Positions 12,973 to 26,153 of a stretch of 64,000 nucleotides of DNA are shown piece by piece. The translations under genes were made by a program, and so were the position numbers. The DNA is from Felis catus (Eukaryota). The notes beneath the pieces were generated by a model. The model saw nothing but the letters and a program-made list of their open reading frames with translations. It searched no databases and was not told where the DNA came from. Positions within the stretch are counted from its first letter, which is position 1, and every line of letters begins with the position of its first letter. The stretch is from assembly GCF_018350175.1 (NCBI RefSeq), contig NC_058368.1, positions 226,240,001 through 226,304,000 of the forward strand. Reading direction: 5' to 3'.

Positions 12973-15219
12973 ATCCCCAAATTCATGAAACTCTCCCAAA
13001 ATCTCTATAGATGAAAGTACCATTTAAGACATCAATTTATGTCATTCTTTGTCAACGTCTGTGCCCGGAACACCAATCATGAGTCTAGGCAGAGATGGAT
13101 TTCCCGAGGTTGATGGAGGTTTGAAATGTCAGAAGAATGTTCAGGAAGAGAGTGTGACATTTATCTCTCACAGATTTAATCTTTCCTGTCTGCCCTAGAT
13201 CTGATAGCCTTACAGGAAACAGAATTCGGAGGGCACGTTTGAATTACACCCTAGGGGAATTAGGCCCCAGCAATCTCTGTTCCATTAGAAATCTTCACCT
13301 AGCCATGTTTATGAAGATTTTGCATTAACACCCTTCCAAATAAAAGGGTGTATAGATAAAAGGGTCAATAGATTCGGATTCTGAATTTGACAGAATTTGA
13401 GGCTGAAAATGTTCTTCCACTTCTTCCCTCCACGTTTACTTAAAATACGTGGGCTGTACCTTATTTTGGTCTTTTTTTTTTTTTTTTTTTTCCTGAGGCC
13501 TGGAGCACCAAGTTTAATCAAAAAGGCAGACAAGCTTTTTTTTTTTTTTTTAAATAAGACTGTAGGACTCAAGTCTTTTCTATTTGGACTAAAATAATAT
13601 TAAAACACCTAGGTCCAATTAACTAAAACAACTACTTCCATGGGTAATGAATTTTCTGGATGTAGCAGAGAACGTGCTTTGAAACAGCAGTAAAACAAAG
13701 TAAGGGGGTTTGGGTCTATGACATAGTCACAGGTCCGTGACTTACAGGTCTGGTAAATAACAGTGTTCTCCAACCATTACCGGTGTCAGACTTGGAAGGT
13801 TCTATAGTTCTTCAGAGTCTTCTCTGAAGAAATAGTCAGGATGAGTAGCCCTTTTTACATAAATCTCCTAACTGCATAATTGCAGTGTTTTACAGCCCTC
13901 AGCTCCAATCATCTCCATTTTACTCGGTTGTCATTACCAGAAGGGTGTGCGTTCTTGGGTAGGGAGGTGGGTGTGGGTGTCGCGGAGAGATTAGAGCAGA
14001 CTGTCAGCGTCAGTGGAAAATTCATCGGCAGGACTAAAGGTTGGGGCGGTCAGTGCTCAGGGGTCACTGTCAAGCGTCTGGTGCTTGTCTGCACCACCGT
14101 TCATGGAGCCGAATCTAATTCTCATCCATCCCGCTGGCTCTTCAGAGTCACTTAGAATCAATTTGAGCTGGGCTCAGAGATGTGTGGGAGTCTGGCTCCT
14201 GTCCCGGCTTTATGATCTCACTCCGGGCTGACAGTCTGAAACCCCAGCAGCACCCAAGATTCAAAATGTAAAGCTTGCCTCTGGGGACAAGGTGACTTTA
14301 TCTGGTAAATATTTATCGGTCCTCAATTATGGGCCAGACATCGTGAAAGAGGGTGGGGTAGAGGGTTTGGAGGTGGAGTTGACTAACCATCCTTAGACCT
14401 GAAGAAAGGAACTCCTGTCACGTGGCCCTCACTGGCAGCCCCTTCTAGCCACACTCCTCCACATGGCACAAGAAGACCTGGCCAAGGGACCCAGAGTCCA
14501 CCCAGAGCCCAAATGTCAATATAGAACGTGCACCAAGCACTGAATTCCCAGAAGTTTCTACCCAAATTGGTCGTGTCTACCTCATGAGCTCACACGGACC
14601 TCTTTCCTGGGTTCGTTCTTCTAGGACTGACTGTCCCTCCAGCGTGACCATCCCTAGGACTTGGGGCTGGCCAAGCAGCGCTGATGAGGCATGTGTGAAT
14701 GAAGCCGGGTAGTACAAGCTGGAGGTAACACACGTGTGACCACACGTGTAAGTAAGGAGAGAATCCAGGGGTAGAAGGAGAAGCGGTATAGCCATGGGGT
14801 CCAAGAACTCAACTGACCATTTAGATTTCACGAAGGTGTATGTAAAGGGGATGAAACTGATTTGACAGTTTTTGCCTTCATTTTTAACTTCTAAATATTA
14901 GACATCTGGGATCTGTCCTCCTGCCTTGAACCTTGGAAATATTAAGAGCTTGTCTGTAAGCATGGAGTTAGGATAATACACACTACACATTATTATGTAT
15001 CACCAACTGTTACGTACGGTTTAGTAGGGGCTTCTAAAATTCTTTTGTAGGACCATAGTAATATAATTCTGAAGTCAGACGGCTGGGTTCAAAACTAAGC
15101 TCTAGCTTTTAATAGTTACCCAATCATTGAAGAGTTACAGAGGATGTTGGCTTAGCAGACCCTCTAGCTGATGCGTGTTCAGCGTTCCTTCTGTGAAACA
15201 TACTAATGAGACCCGAAAC

Positions 15220-15910
15220 ATTCATTAGCTGGTCTAATGTTGCACAGCAAACCACTTAAACTGAATGGGTTCAAACAGCGGTCTTTTATTTTGTTCACTA
15301 ATTTGTAGTTGGGAAGGGCTCAGCAGAGAGGTCCCCTCCTTACCCACTCGGTGTAAGGTATAAGAGGGGCTTGGCTGGGGCGCCGGGGTGGCTCAGTTAA
15401 TCGTCCGACTTCGGCTCAGGTCATGAACTCACAGCTCGTGAACTTGAGCCCGGCGTCGGGCTCCGTGCCGACAGCTCAGAGCCTGCTTCCAATTCTGTGT
15501 CTTGCCCTCTCTCTGCCCCTCCTCTGCTCTCTGCTCGTGTGCTCTCTCTCAAAAACAAATAAAAACATTAAAAAAAATAATTAAAAAAAAAAAAGAGGGG
15601 CTCCGCTGGGATTGCAGGATCTGCTGGCAAGACGGCTCAAGACAGGGCTGGAGAGGTGGTGTTGGTATTGGCTGGGAGTTCACTCAGGGCCACGGGCAAA
15701 GGGCCTTGGTTCCTCTCCATGTGCATCACTACAGTGTGCTGGGGCTTCTTGGCAGCATGCGGCTGTCCAAGAGGCAGGGCTGTAAAAGAACAAGGCAGAA
15801 GTACGTGGCATTTTTGTGACTTAAGGTTGGAAGTCGCAGAGCATCATTTTTGCCATACTCTCAAGGTAGTTACCAACGCTCCTCCAGGTTCAAGGGGAGG
15901 GGACGCGGAT
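15220..15910. mobile_element. MaLR (MLT1-like) LTR split by a SINE
   Basis: tgttgcacagcaaaccacttaaactgaatgggttcaaacagc, ccttggttcctctccatgtg, ccaggttcaaggggagggga motifs. Confidence 0.7.
15377..15593 (+). mobile_element. CAN-SINE
   Basis: ggggcgccggggtggctcag head; TSD aagaggggcttggct / aagaggggctccgct. Confidence 0.93.
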
Positions 15911-16443
15911 TTTGCACAAGCATCTGAGATGCTCCAAGACCTTTCCATCTTGGAGTAGAATCTTCTGTAACAGACACATACATTCTTGCTTCTGCCAGAT
16001 GAGTTTCTGAGAATTAGTTGTCAAATCACTTGATACCAATGTCATTACATAATTTCATTTAACATAACTGATGATGGAATTGAGTATGAAAAGAGGTGAC
16101 CACTAGGCTGAGAGTTTTGGAAGGACTGGAGAGGCGTGAGCCCTGCCAGTGGGATGTTGGGAAAATATCTTGGGAAGATTATAGAAAACAAAAAAGAAAT
16201 CTAGAAAGACTCTGCATCAGATTGTTTCACCTGGGTCTCCAGGTTTGTTTCGCATCAGAGAAACTGAACGTAGAAAATGTGAAGCATATGTTACATGGGG
16301 GCTTTATGCAGGAAAACAGCCCTGAATCCCACCGGCAACTTCTACCAAAAGAAAAGCCCTTATCGAATTGATGTATATTATGCATTTGAAAAAACAGAAT
16401 GTTTAAGGTATGCATGAATCAGTTTCTAACAATTCCTTGTTTC

Positions 16444-16637
16444 TTTTTTTAAGTTGATTTATTTATTTTGAGACAGCGAGTGAGCAGGGGAGGGGCAGAG
16501 AGAGAGAGACTCCCAAGCAGGCTCCATAATATCCGAGTGGAGCCTGAGGCGGGCCTCAAACTCACGAACCAAGAGATCACGTCCTGACCTGAAATCAAGA
16601 GGCAGACACTTAACCGACTGAGCTTCCCAGGTTCCCC
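16444..16637 (-). mobile_element. CAN-SINE
   Basis: TSD aacaattccttgtttc / aacagttccttgtttc. Confidence 0.93.
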
Positions 16638-16855
16638 AACAGTTCCTTGTTTCAATTGGTTTTTTCGATTAACTGATTAATTCTTGGCACTTACTGTATT
16701 CAATAAGAAGACTTTTGTTGTACTTGACCCCCTTCACCTTACTTTACTCATCTATAAAATGATAGTATCATTAGGATGCTTACTTCACAGTGTTTTTGAA
16801 ATGATTAACTAAAACAATCTACTCACACATTTAACATACAGCAATCAGGTGATTC

Positions 16856-17083
16856 TTTTTTTTTTTTTTTAATTTTTTTTTTCAACGTTTATTTATTTTT
16901 GGGACAGAGAGACAGAGCATGAACGGGGGAGGGGCAGAGAGAGAGGGAGACACAGAATTGGAAACAGGCTCCAGGCTCTGAGCCATCAGCCCAGAGCCCG
17001 ACGCGGGGCTCGAACTCACGGACCGCGAGATCGTGACCTGGCTGAAGTCGGACGCTTAACCGACTGCGCCACCCAGGCGCCCC
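16856..17083 (-). mobile_element. Young SINEC_Fc
   Basis: CpG-rich near-consensus body, long polyT, perfect TSD agcaatcaggtgattct. Confidence 0.97.
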
Positions 17084-20000
17084 AGCAATCAGGTGATTCT
17101 TATACTTATTGTCATAATAAGTACTTTAGGTCACAAGGAGGAGAGATAGGCTTGAGATACCTCAGGTGATGGGGATCTAGCAGGGAATATTTGGGGAAGT
17201 GAGGAGGGTCAGGAAACCACCTTTGCTCTCCCACAGTAATGCCACAAAGAATCAAAGCATCATTCCAGATCCTCAGCTCTGGTGCCCTATTGTCCTTTCT
17301 GTCAACAGCACTGGCACCTAATCCAGTGAGCCTACCATTCTCAACCTGTGCTACTTTCTATCTGCTTCTCTCTCTACTCTTGGGTTTCCTCCATGGCTGC
17401 CCTGCCTCCTTTTCTTCCTTCTATGTCTTATGTCACCTGTCAGTTCCTCCAGAAAGAAGCTCTTAGTGGGCTCACCGATCTTCATCCAAAAAGGAGCACA
17501 TCGATGTGGCACTTGACCACCTTGTGAGCCACTGGCCTGCCACATATGTCTTGTGGTTTTTAATCAAGGAGCCGATCTCCGGTTCAGTCTGTTGTGGGTC
17601 AAGACACCTGTATCTGAGGGCCCAGAGCAAGACAACACATGTAATTCCACTCTGTCCACGGGTATAGCAGGGATGCAGGGTTTCAGGAACTTTAGCTGAC
17701 GGTTGGTATGCATGCCTGTGCAGTTAAGCATGCCATCCTGGAAGCTTATAATTGGCATTCATTCTATTTGAGCGGTGCTGGGGCTGTACCATTTGTCTTG
17801 ACGCCCATGGTGTCATTTGGTGATAACCATTCTGCATGGGGATTATTTGATGATTACCATTAAAAAGAAAGGGCATTGTGCAGAAGAACATGAGTGGGAA
17901 TCAGATCCTGGTTTTTAATCTTGGCTTCTCCACTAGACTCTCTGTCTCTGCCCCCACTCCTGTGGGGTCTCTCTGGGTGTCTCTATCTCTCTTGATCTCT
18001 CTCTTTCTTTCTCCCCCTGCCCCCTGCCGCTACACTTCTCATTAAAAGTAAAATTGCTCCTGAAACTAATTTGAAATAAAAATCATTTATTATTATGGCA
18101 AGTACCCGTAGGTACTTGGGCAGAGATGTGGATAACTCATCCCGTAGATTGATCCTGTCATCCCTACCCTACGAGGATTACCATCTCAGACGTGTTGTAG
18201 ATGCACCAAGAAAAACAAAACAAAACAAAAATGGAAAATGAGACCATTTACCCAAAGTGACACCTGGATACCACAACATTTGCCATCCAAGTCGCTTAAT
18301 ATTTCAGCATTCTTCAGTCTGCGGTGAACACGTACATTCTATCTTTAGAATCCATTTAGAAAAAACAATTCCATAAATGATACAAAGAGAATCCATCTGG
18401 AATCAATTGTTTAAAATACTCAGCAAAACTCTCTCCCTCTCTTTGGAACACTCCAATCCCCTAAATAGAGTTAAGATTAAAATAACTCTCCCATATCACT
18501 GCTGGCCAGAGAGCGGGGGAAAGGGATGTGCCAACATAATGGAGTAAGAATTCCCACAAAAGATTCCTTTATGTTATTAACCAGCACTCCATGTAGCTGC
18601 TTTCTTCTGGCCTCACACCTCCTGACAGTCACTCCTAGCTTGCGTGAGCCTGGCCGCTCACTTCCTTTCCAAATACAGTGAAGGGATGGTGAAATCACCC
18701 TAAGAAAGAGAACTTACCACCAGGAGGTACAAATAAAATGATGGATAATCAAGTGGGCCATCTGGCCATCACACCAGCCTCAACTGACGGTGTCCAGCGT
18801 TGCTCATTGGCATGCATTTTATCACTTGGGGCAGAAGGAAAAATGTCTTTCCGTACAGGCCAGGGACAGAAGATCCATTCTTTAATGGGGAGCCAAACCC
18901 ACTCACTCTTCCCTGCTTGGGTCTTTAAGATCCCTTTGGATGGGACTTCCTGGGGTGTAGTTTTATCAGAATATGCTTCGTCCTTCCTACGTGCAGTTTT
19001 CAGGACATAAATAACGGACCAGACTCCGTATGAAGTGATTTTCCAAAACACCAGGAAAAATTGGTTTCCTCCCATCAAGTGGCTTTCACTACCCATAATC
19101 CCAAGCTTCACATCTCCTAGTGTCTCTTTTTATTCATCCTAATTAGCAGTAAGTGAATCCAGTCGCGTTCTGTGGTCAGCCAACTTACAATTGGATTTTA
19201 TGTGCACTTTAGACTCAGCAACCTGCCGCTATCTGGCTCCAGACACCGTCTCATCTATGGTCAAGAGAAGTGTCTGCTTTTGATTTATTTCCACTAGAAA
19301 TCAAACGGCTGAGTCCGCGCGCACATCTGACACACGGTGACCATGCTCATTTTCTATATGTCTCGTTTTTAAGAAGCTTAAAGTTTCAATAGGCAATGAC
19401 TAATTTGTGCGGCTCTACTGAATGCATGGGGTGGGCACCAGGCTTCATTTTATCAAGAAAGGCTCTCCAAGGGTCACAAACAGTGGCGTAGAGGCGAGTG
19501 GGATGTCAGATAACAGAGGACAAGCATGTCATCAGCTCAGAATGGGCTTTCTGGGCAAGGATTCAAGCCCAGTAGCCCACTTTGATATAAGTCTGCCGTA
19601 ATGGGACACTACTTGGGCACATTCTCTGTATCCCTTTCTCTGTATTGGATTGGCACTCTGGGGACCTAATATTAATTAGGATACTAATACTAATATTATA
19701 AAGAGCAATAAATGAAGTCTGCACATATAATCCAAGTCCAGACCAAAAAATCTCAACATCAGTGATTTGCTATCCAGTTTTCATGGATCATTTTCAATGA
19801 TATAACACAGAATGTGCTCTCTTTTGAGAATGCTTTTTTATCCCATCCTAGACTCAGACTGGGCCCTCTGGGTTTTCTTGGCTGTTTCTTAGAGTGACAG
19901 GGGCTACTTAAAAGCCCCAGACATCCCCTCAGGGGACATACCCAAGAGGAGTGAACACAGAGTTACACTGGCCTCTCGAGCTAAACCCCAGGTTCCTGTG

Positions 20001-20634
20001 ACCCCACAATGTCCGGTTTCCCATCCATAATGCCGAACTTGAAATCTCCCCGTGTTACTCATTGTAATTACCAATGAGTGAACCCCACCTAGTGTTATGC
20101 CCTTGGAAGAAGACTGGGAGGGAAAGGTTCCCCATGGGTCGGCCAGAATTTGACCTGAAGGTGCAAACCTCTGTTCCACAGCCGGTCAGGGTCAGAGGCC
20201 CTGGCAGCTTGACCGCACCTCAAGTCCTCCTCTTGGCAGCCAATGTGGTTCTCGCTGCTTGGCGAAGGTGCTTCCCACTCTGCCCTATGTTCCACGTGAA
20301 CCTCAAGATGTGCAGCACCCTCAGACCGGGACAGGCCAAAGAGCTTGCCATCTTCCCTGAAGGTATCTGTTGACACTCACCCTTTATTGATCATGATGTC
20401 CGTTACCATCTTCAAATAGGTGCTTTACAGTGGCCCAGGAAAGGGGCTCCAGGAACCCACCTCGCGCCATGCTTTTTATACTGGTCCCTCTCAGGGGCGC
20501 TCCTGTACAGCCCTACCTCTCTTGAAAGACCTGGTATGATCATTGATTACACCTTCTAAGCTAGTTGTTTCCAAATCATCTGTACTTGCAAATAGCCTTG
20601 ATAGGAGAAGGGAGGACCTAGATACCGAACTATG

Positions 20635-20860
20635 CACTCATTCACTCCAAAAATATTTACTGAGCACCTATAATGGGCAAGAAGTGATGCGTGCATAAAT
20701 TACAATTACAAAGAATACACCGTCCCGACCCCAAGGACACAACAGATAGATAGCCAAGGCCCAAGAGAGTATGATAAGGTTTGGAACAGCGAGCCCTGGG
20801 GCCGTGTAGGCATGGGGATGGTCTGACCATGCATTGCCACGGCAAAGGCTGCCATCACAG
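20635..20860 (-). mobile_element. L2 3' end fragment
   Basis: cattcactccaaaaatatttactgagcaccta motif. Confidence 0.6.
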
Positions 20861-21039
20861 GAAGTAATACACACCCCCGTGCTGTTTCAAGTGTTGTTTA
20901 TGGATCTGATACATAATACCTCCAGTGTATTATTTTTTTCAGCTCTATGAGATTAATTTAAAAGCATTGCTGGATGTGTATGGAATCCTTCTATTCTTAT
21001 GTGACTTGTTTTGCAATGAAAGCTCACCTACAATCAAGA

Positions 21040-21255
21040 GAGAGGGTAGCGTAGCTGTTAAGAGCAGGGACTGTGGAATGGTGTCATAACTCAGCTCCCC
21101 CTTACCTGTCCTGTGACTTCCCCTTACCTTGGCTTTCTCCTTTGTGAGATGACAGGCTATTTTCCTAACAAAGATGGAATGAACATGAACAGAATCAACA
21201 CACAGAAAACACCTAAGCAAGGCTGGCACATGATAAAATGTTAGCTACCGTTATA
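21040..21255 (+). mobile_element. MIR
   Basis: tagcgtagctgttaagagcagggactgtggaa ... ggctggcacatgataaaatgttagct. Confidence 0.7.
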
Positions 21256-22389
21256 ATCATGGAGGGGGGGCATGAAGTATTTTGTGCTTAAAAATGGATT
21301 CCTGATAACTGGAAAAGTTTGGGAATGGAACTTTTCTTCCAAGGGTCTGGCTGGGAAGAACTGAGCCAGTGGCCATCAAAGGACATAAACCCTGTAAACT
21401 GCTGTCATCAGTCCCAAGTCACAACATGCATGGGGGCCACTCGGTTCAAACTTGTCATGTCCATTTCTCATACGTGCCTTCTGTGAATTGGTAATGGTCA
21501 GCGAGGACACTGCCATTGCCTGAGACCTTTTCCTGCTCCAGGTATGTGAGGTGTGTGCCATTATTTCAGGCACCCAGTCTCGATGGGCTCTGCTTTACTG
21601 GGCTCTTTCTTCCAAGGACCTATTCCTACCAGCCTCTATCCCGATTCACCCAGTGTGAATTCACCCTGCTCTTAACACCCCTGGATTCCACATAAACACT
21701 AACTTTAGTTACCTCCCAGCTACACATAAAATCTGAGGTCATGGGAACGCTTGGCAGGGGAAAGGAGGTGTCGGGGAGAGGGGAAGAAGGTTGAAAATGT
21801 ACAATTAGATTGGGGGAAGTTATATACCCTTAGCTCTCCAGTTTTCATTTGGGCCCATTTTTATCTGAGTAGGTTTGCAAGTTTTTCGTCCTTACTTCGT
21901 AGCTCCACTTTCCTGTGATATCATTACTCAGTGACAAGAAAGAAATACACATAACCAGGACCTGCGGTGAAACCTTCCAGGTCCAAATGCCATTTGCAAT
22001 TACTCAGCCTTTGGATTCAGAGAGATTAAATGGTAATGTCTCATGGAGGTGGGAGTGAGTCAAGAACAATACTTCAATTCCCTATCAATTTCCATCTATC
22101 TTCCCGTCTCTTCCCCTTTTTCTCCCCGTCTCTGACTTGATTTTCTCCACCGGTATCTCTCTCCATCTGTGTATGTACCACGTGTTTCTCTCAATTTCTG
22201 TCTCCTTCTCTCTGCCCATCTGCCCATTTGTTACTTACTATCTACCCATCTATCTGTCTAGTCTCTAGACTGAAGAAATGACTGTCAGTGTTTCCAGGAG
22301 ATCTGGACTTTGGGAATCGAGACAGTTGTTGCCAAGGGTATGTTTAGTATAAAGGACAGATGAGCATGTAAACCCACCTAGAAAATAAA

Positions 22390-22560
22390 TAACTGAGCAA
22401 CTACTCTGTGCCAAGCATTGTCCTGGAGGCCTCACTTAGATCATCTCATTTGATTCTCACAACAATGCTGTGCAGCAGGTTACAGGCTATTTCCCAAAAG
22501 TGGAAATATGACACTTAGAGAAATTAAAACTTATCCTCAGTGTCCATAGCTAAGAACTGG
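22390..22560 (-). mobile_element. MIR
   Basis: actactctgtgccaagcattgtcct ... tctcatttgattctcacaacaa. Confidence 0.7.
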
Positions 22561-23387
22561 CAAATTTGTCTCCGTTTAACACGCAGGTAAATGGATCCAA
22601 GACAAAAATAATTTTAAAACAGTTACATAACTAACTTAAATAGAAACAAGGCCTAAATACCAATTTTGGGCATCCCAGTGGTCCCACAAGTGCACATAGC
22701 AAGCTAGTGCCCTCCTGGACCCAGCAATTCTGCACTCTCAGTCAGGTATCTGTCACATCTGTCCTCTGTCTTCTGCTAAACCCCCTTTCACCACCACGCC
22801 AGCCAAGGCGAATTTCCCTCTCTCTCAAAACAGATCATCTGGCCCATCAGCCGCTCACCTGTGCCCCAGCCACACTGGCTGTAGGACTGTTCTCTGGCCA
22901 TATTCGGCAATGGACCCTTCAATGGGACAAAGACCTCTGGGGGCTCCCATGATACTTACTTTTCATGCTACTTCCAAACCCCCAAGTCCTCACAAATGAA
23001 TAGATGTGAGTGTCCATCCCTGATGAGATTTCAGTAAGATGGGAGTTTTTAAAATATTCGATATTTCCGGTAAATGTTTTTTTTCATAGCTAGGTTTCAC
23101 TTTTAGAGGCTACAGTCAAGTTTATAACATTTACTGTGCTAGACTCAAACAGAGGCATGGGTGTTACGTCTTTGCCCTAAGAATGGAAACAAGGTCAGCC
23201 AACGATCGAAGAAGAGATGGGTGGTAGTGAAAAAAAGTGGGACATGTGTCTGCCACTTGATGGCTTAACTGTGTGACTTTGGTTAAGTCACCTTTACTTC
23301 CTGGAAGATAAGACTTGTGAGGTACGTCCTGGTGGTCTCAGAAGGTGCCGTGTCAAATGAGATCATGGCTGTGGGAGAGTTTTAAAA

Positions 23388-23389
<2 letters not shown>

Positions 23390-23431
<42 letters not shown>
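23390..23431. repeat. (TG)21 microsatellite
   Basis: Perfect dinucleotide run. Confidence 0.98.
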
Positions 23432-23432
<1 letters not shown>

Positions 23433-23849
23433 TTATAAATATGAATATAGAGAGTTCGAATATATAAATTTACCTATAAAATTATTTTGTATATATATAT
23501 ATATAAATAAATTATTGGTATAGATACAGATATGGAGAATTCTATGCTGTATAGTCACCACTTCCATTAAGCCAAAAGCTGAGTCACTCAGACTGGCAAT
23601 GAGCAAATGATAAAGAAGAAAAGGTCATGGGACATCTAGATGCAACACTGAGCTGAGTCATTCTCATTAGGCCCTCATTACACTGTGGCAAGTCGGTAGA
23701 GGGTGACACACGGTGGAGGGCACATCGGGTGAGCAGAGGAGAGGGAAAGAGGGTGCATTTTTGCCTATGAAGTGGCTCAGGAGGTAGAAGGTGAGTGAAA
23801 AGGGAGAAACGGGTTGGCACATGAGGACACTCCACCAGTGAGCTATGAT

Positions 23850-24030
23850 CCACCCATTAAGTCATTCAGGTAGTCAGTCGTTCTTCTCACAAGTATTGAG
23901 CACCTACTATGTGCAAAGCACAGGACTAGGTACTGGAGGGATAGGGGAGTCAGGCTGCAGGACATAGTTCTTGCCCTCGATCAAGTAAGTAACAGAAGCC
24001 TAGTGACACGCAAGATAAAATCGACGTCAT
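23850..24030 (-). mobile_element. L2 3' fragment
   Basis: caagtattgagcacctactatgtgcaaagcacaggactaggtactgga. Confidence 0.65.
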
Positions 24031-24591
24031 AAATGAGGTATGATAATCTCTCCCTAGTCATGTCTCATTCGCTGTGTACATTTCAGGCAAGCTCAAAACA
24101 CCACCCCCAGAAAGTGTGTAGGACTAGCCCTTCCTACGTATGGGGGAGTTAGGTATTCCCATTTGGAACCTGGGCATGTGGAGGTAAATCAAATGGCAAT
24201 GCTAGAGTAGAGGTTTGGATGTCTCGGAAGAAGATCTTCAAAGAATTAGGATTCTGAGGGATAGGGCTTGGCCGGGAAGTATAGTGTAGAGCAGCCTTCA
24301 GGTTGGGCTGGTGGAAAGGAGTCAAGGGAGAGTCTAGTCCTGCTTCCAGAGCACTGAACTGCTTCAACCCGCCGATGCCCTCAGTATCTCTGTCTCTATC
24401 TGCAGATTATATCTACCCTTTTGGAGTGTCGTGGCAATGAATATGGTAATCTATGTAAATCTCCAAACAGGGCGCTGGGTAGGTAGGTGCTCACAAGAAC
24501 TCATGACTCCTCATGCCTTTTCCTCGGGAGTAAATACTACCCCAGTTATTGGCTTCTGGAGGTTAAAGTGGTTAGAAGGAAGTGGACCGCC

Positions 24592-25030
24592 TTTTTCCTT
24601 TTTTTCGTTAATGTTTATTGATTTTTTTTTTCTACGTTTATTTATTTTTGGGACAGAGAGAGACAGAGCATGAACGGGGGAGGGGCAGAGAGAGAGGAAG
24701 ACACAGAATCGGAAACAGGCTCCAGGCTCTGAGCCATCAGCCCAGAGCCTGACGCGGGGCTCGAACTCACGGACCGCGAGATCGTGACCTGGCTGAAGTC
24801 GGACGCTTAACCGACTGCGCCACCCAGGCGCCCCAATGTTTATTGATTTTTAAGACAGGGAGTGAGAGCAGGGGTGAGGCAGAGCGAGAAAGAGAGAGAG
24901 AATCTCAAGCAGTCTTCACACTGCTAATGCAGAGCTTGATGTGGAGCTCAAACTCACAAATTGCGAGATCAGGATCTGAGCTGAAATCAAGAGTTGGACA
25001 CTTAACTGACTGAGCCACCCATGTGCTTCA
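24592..25030 (-). mobile_element. Older CAN-SINE interrupted in its tail by a young SINE
   Basis: Tail at 24592-24625; body resumes 24852-25030 (ends tgagccacccatgtgcttc). Confidence 0.88.
24626..24834 (-). mobile_element. Young SINEC_Fc nested in a SINE tail
   Basis: Near-consensus body; perfect TSD aatgtttattgattttt at 24610 and 24835. Confidence 0.96.
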
Positions 25031-25040
25031 GGAAGTAGAT

Positions 25041-25251
25041 TTTTTTTAATGTTTATTTATTTTTGGGAGAGAGAGAGAGAGAGAGAATGAGTGGGGGAGG
25101 GGCAGAGAGAGAGGGAGACACAGAATCTGAAGCGGGCTCCAGGCTCTGAGCTGTCAGCACAGAGCCTGATTCAGGGCTTGAACGCACAGACCGCGAGACC
25201 ATGACCTGAGCCGAAGTCGGACCCTTAACCGACTGAGCCACCCAGGCACCC
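25041..25251 (-). mobile_element. CAN-SINE
   Basis: Ends ccacccaggcaccc; flanks ggaagtagat / ggaagcagat. Confidence 0.94.
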
Positions 25252-25924
25252 TGGAAGCAGATCTTAATAAAACTTTCCCACTGACTACAGAACTCCATTA
25301 AAATGTCATATCGATAATCACATCCTCTTCCAGCTGTTTGGATGGTCTCAGTATATAGAAAGGACTCGTTCCCATGAGATCGAATGGTATTCCTTATCTG
25401 GCCGTATACGTGATATGTTGGGGAAACGAACACAGCGTCTTGTTGCCTTTGCATTTGTCCAAACAAGGGCCACTCTCTTCGGAAGCATAATTTTCAAGGA
25501 TATCATGTGCCACTTCTCTGAGTCTGCAGGAGGCCGCAATGGATGGAAATAATTTCACCTGCAATATTTAGAGCTGGGACTAATGAATCTTCATATCTTT
25601 TCAAACTCATCTATTCTTATTTAAAAGTGATGAATAGTGGCAGTTTGGAAAGATGTACTTGTTCATTGGCGCAATAAAAAATAGATGGCATTACGGTGCA
25701 AAAGTTCTTAATGTCCTTTCCCAAGGGGAAAAAATAATTGCTACAAAGAATTAGAATTTAACTCCTTGCTCTTATTCCTTAAGAAGGTTCACTAGATTTT
25801 TACCCTTTTTTAAAACTTCTTTCCCCCGTGGTTCACTCAGCTCATGTGCAGAACATTTTGTGTTTACATATATAAGGTTTATATTTTCTTACCTGTATTT
25901 GGCATATTGAGAACAAAAGAAATT

Positions 25925-26153
25925 TTTGTAAATGTTTCTTTTATTTTCATTTTTTAATGTTCATTCATTTTGAGAGACGGAGAGTGTGAGCGGGGGAGGG
26001 ACAGAGACAGAGAGGGAGACACAGAATCCGAAGCAGGCTCCAGGCTCTGAGCTGTCAGCACAGAACCTGACCCAGGGCTCAAACCCATGAACTGCGAGAT
26101 CATGACCTGAGCCAAAGTCGGAGGCTTAACCAACTGAACCACCCAGGCTCCCC
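25925..26153 (-). mobile_element. CAN-SINE
   Basis: gacacagaatccgaagcaggctccaggctctgagc; ends acccaggctcccc. Confidence 0.94.
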
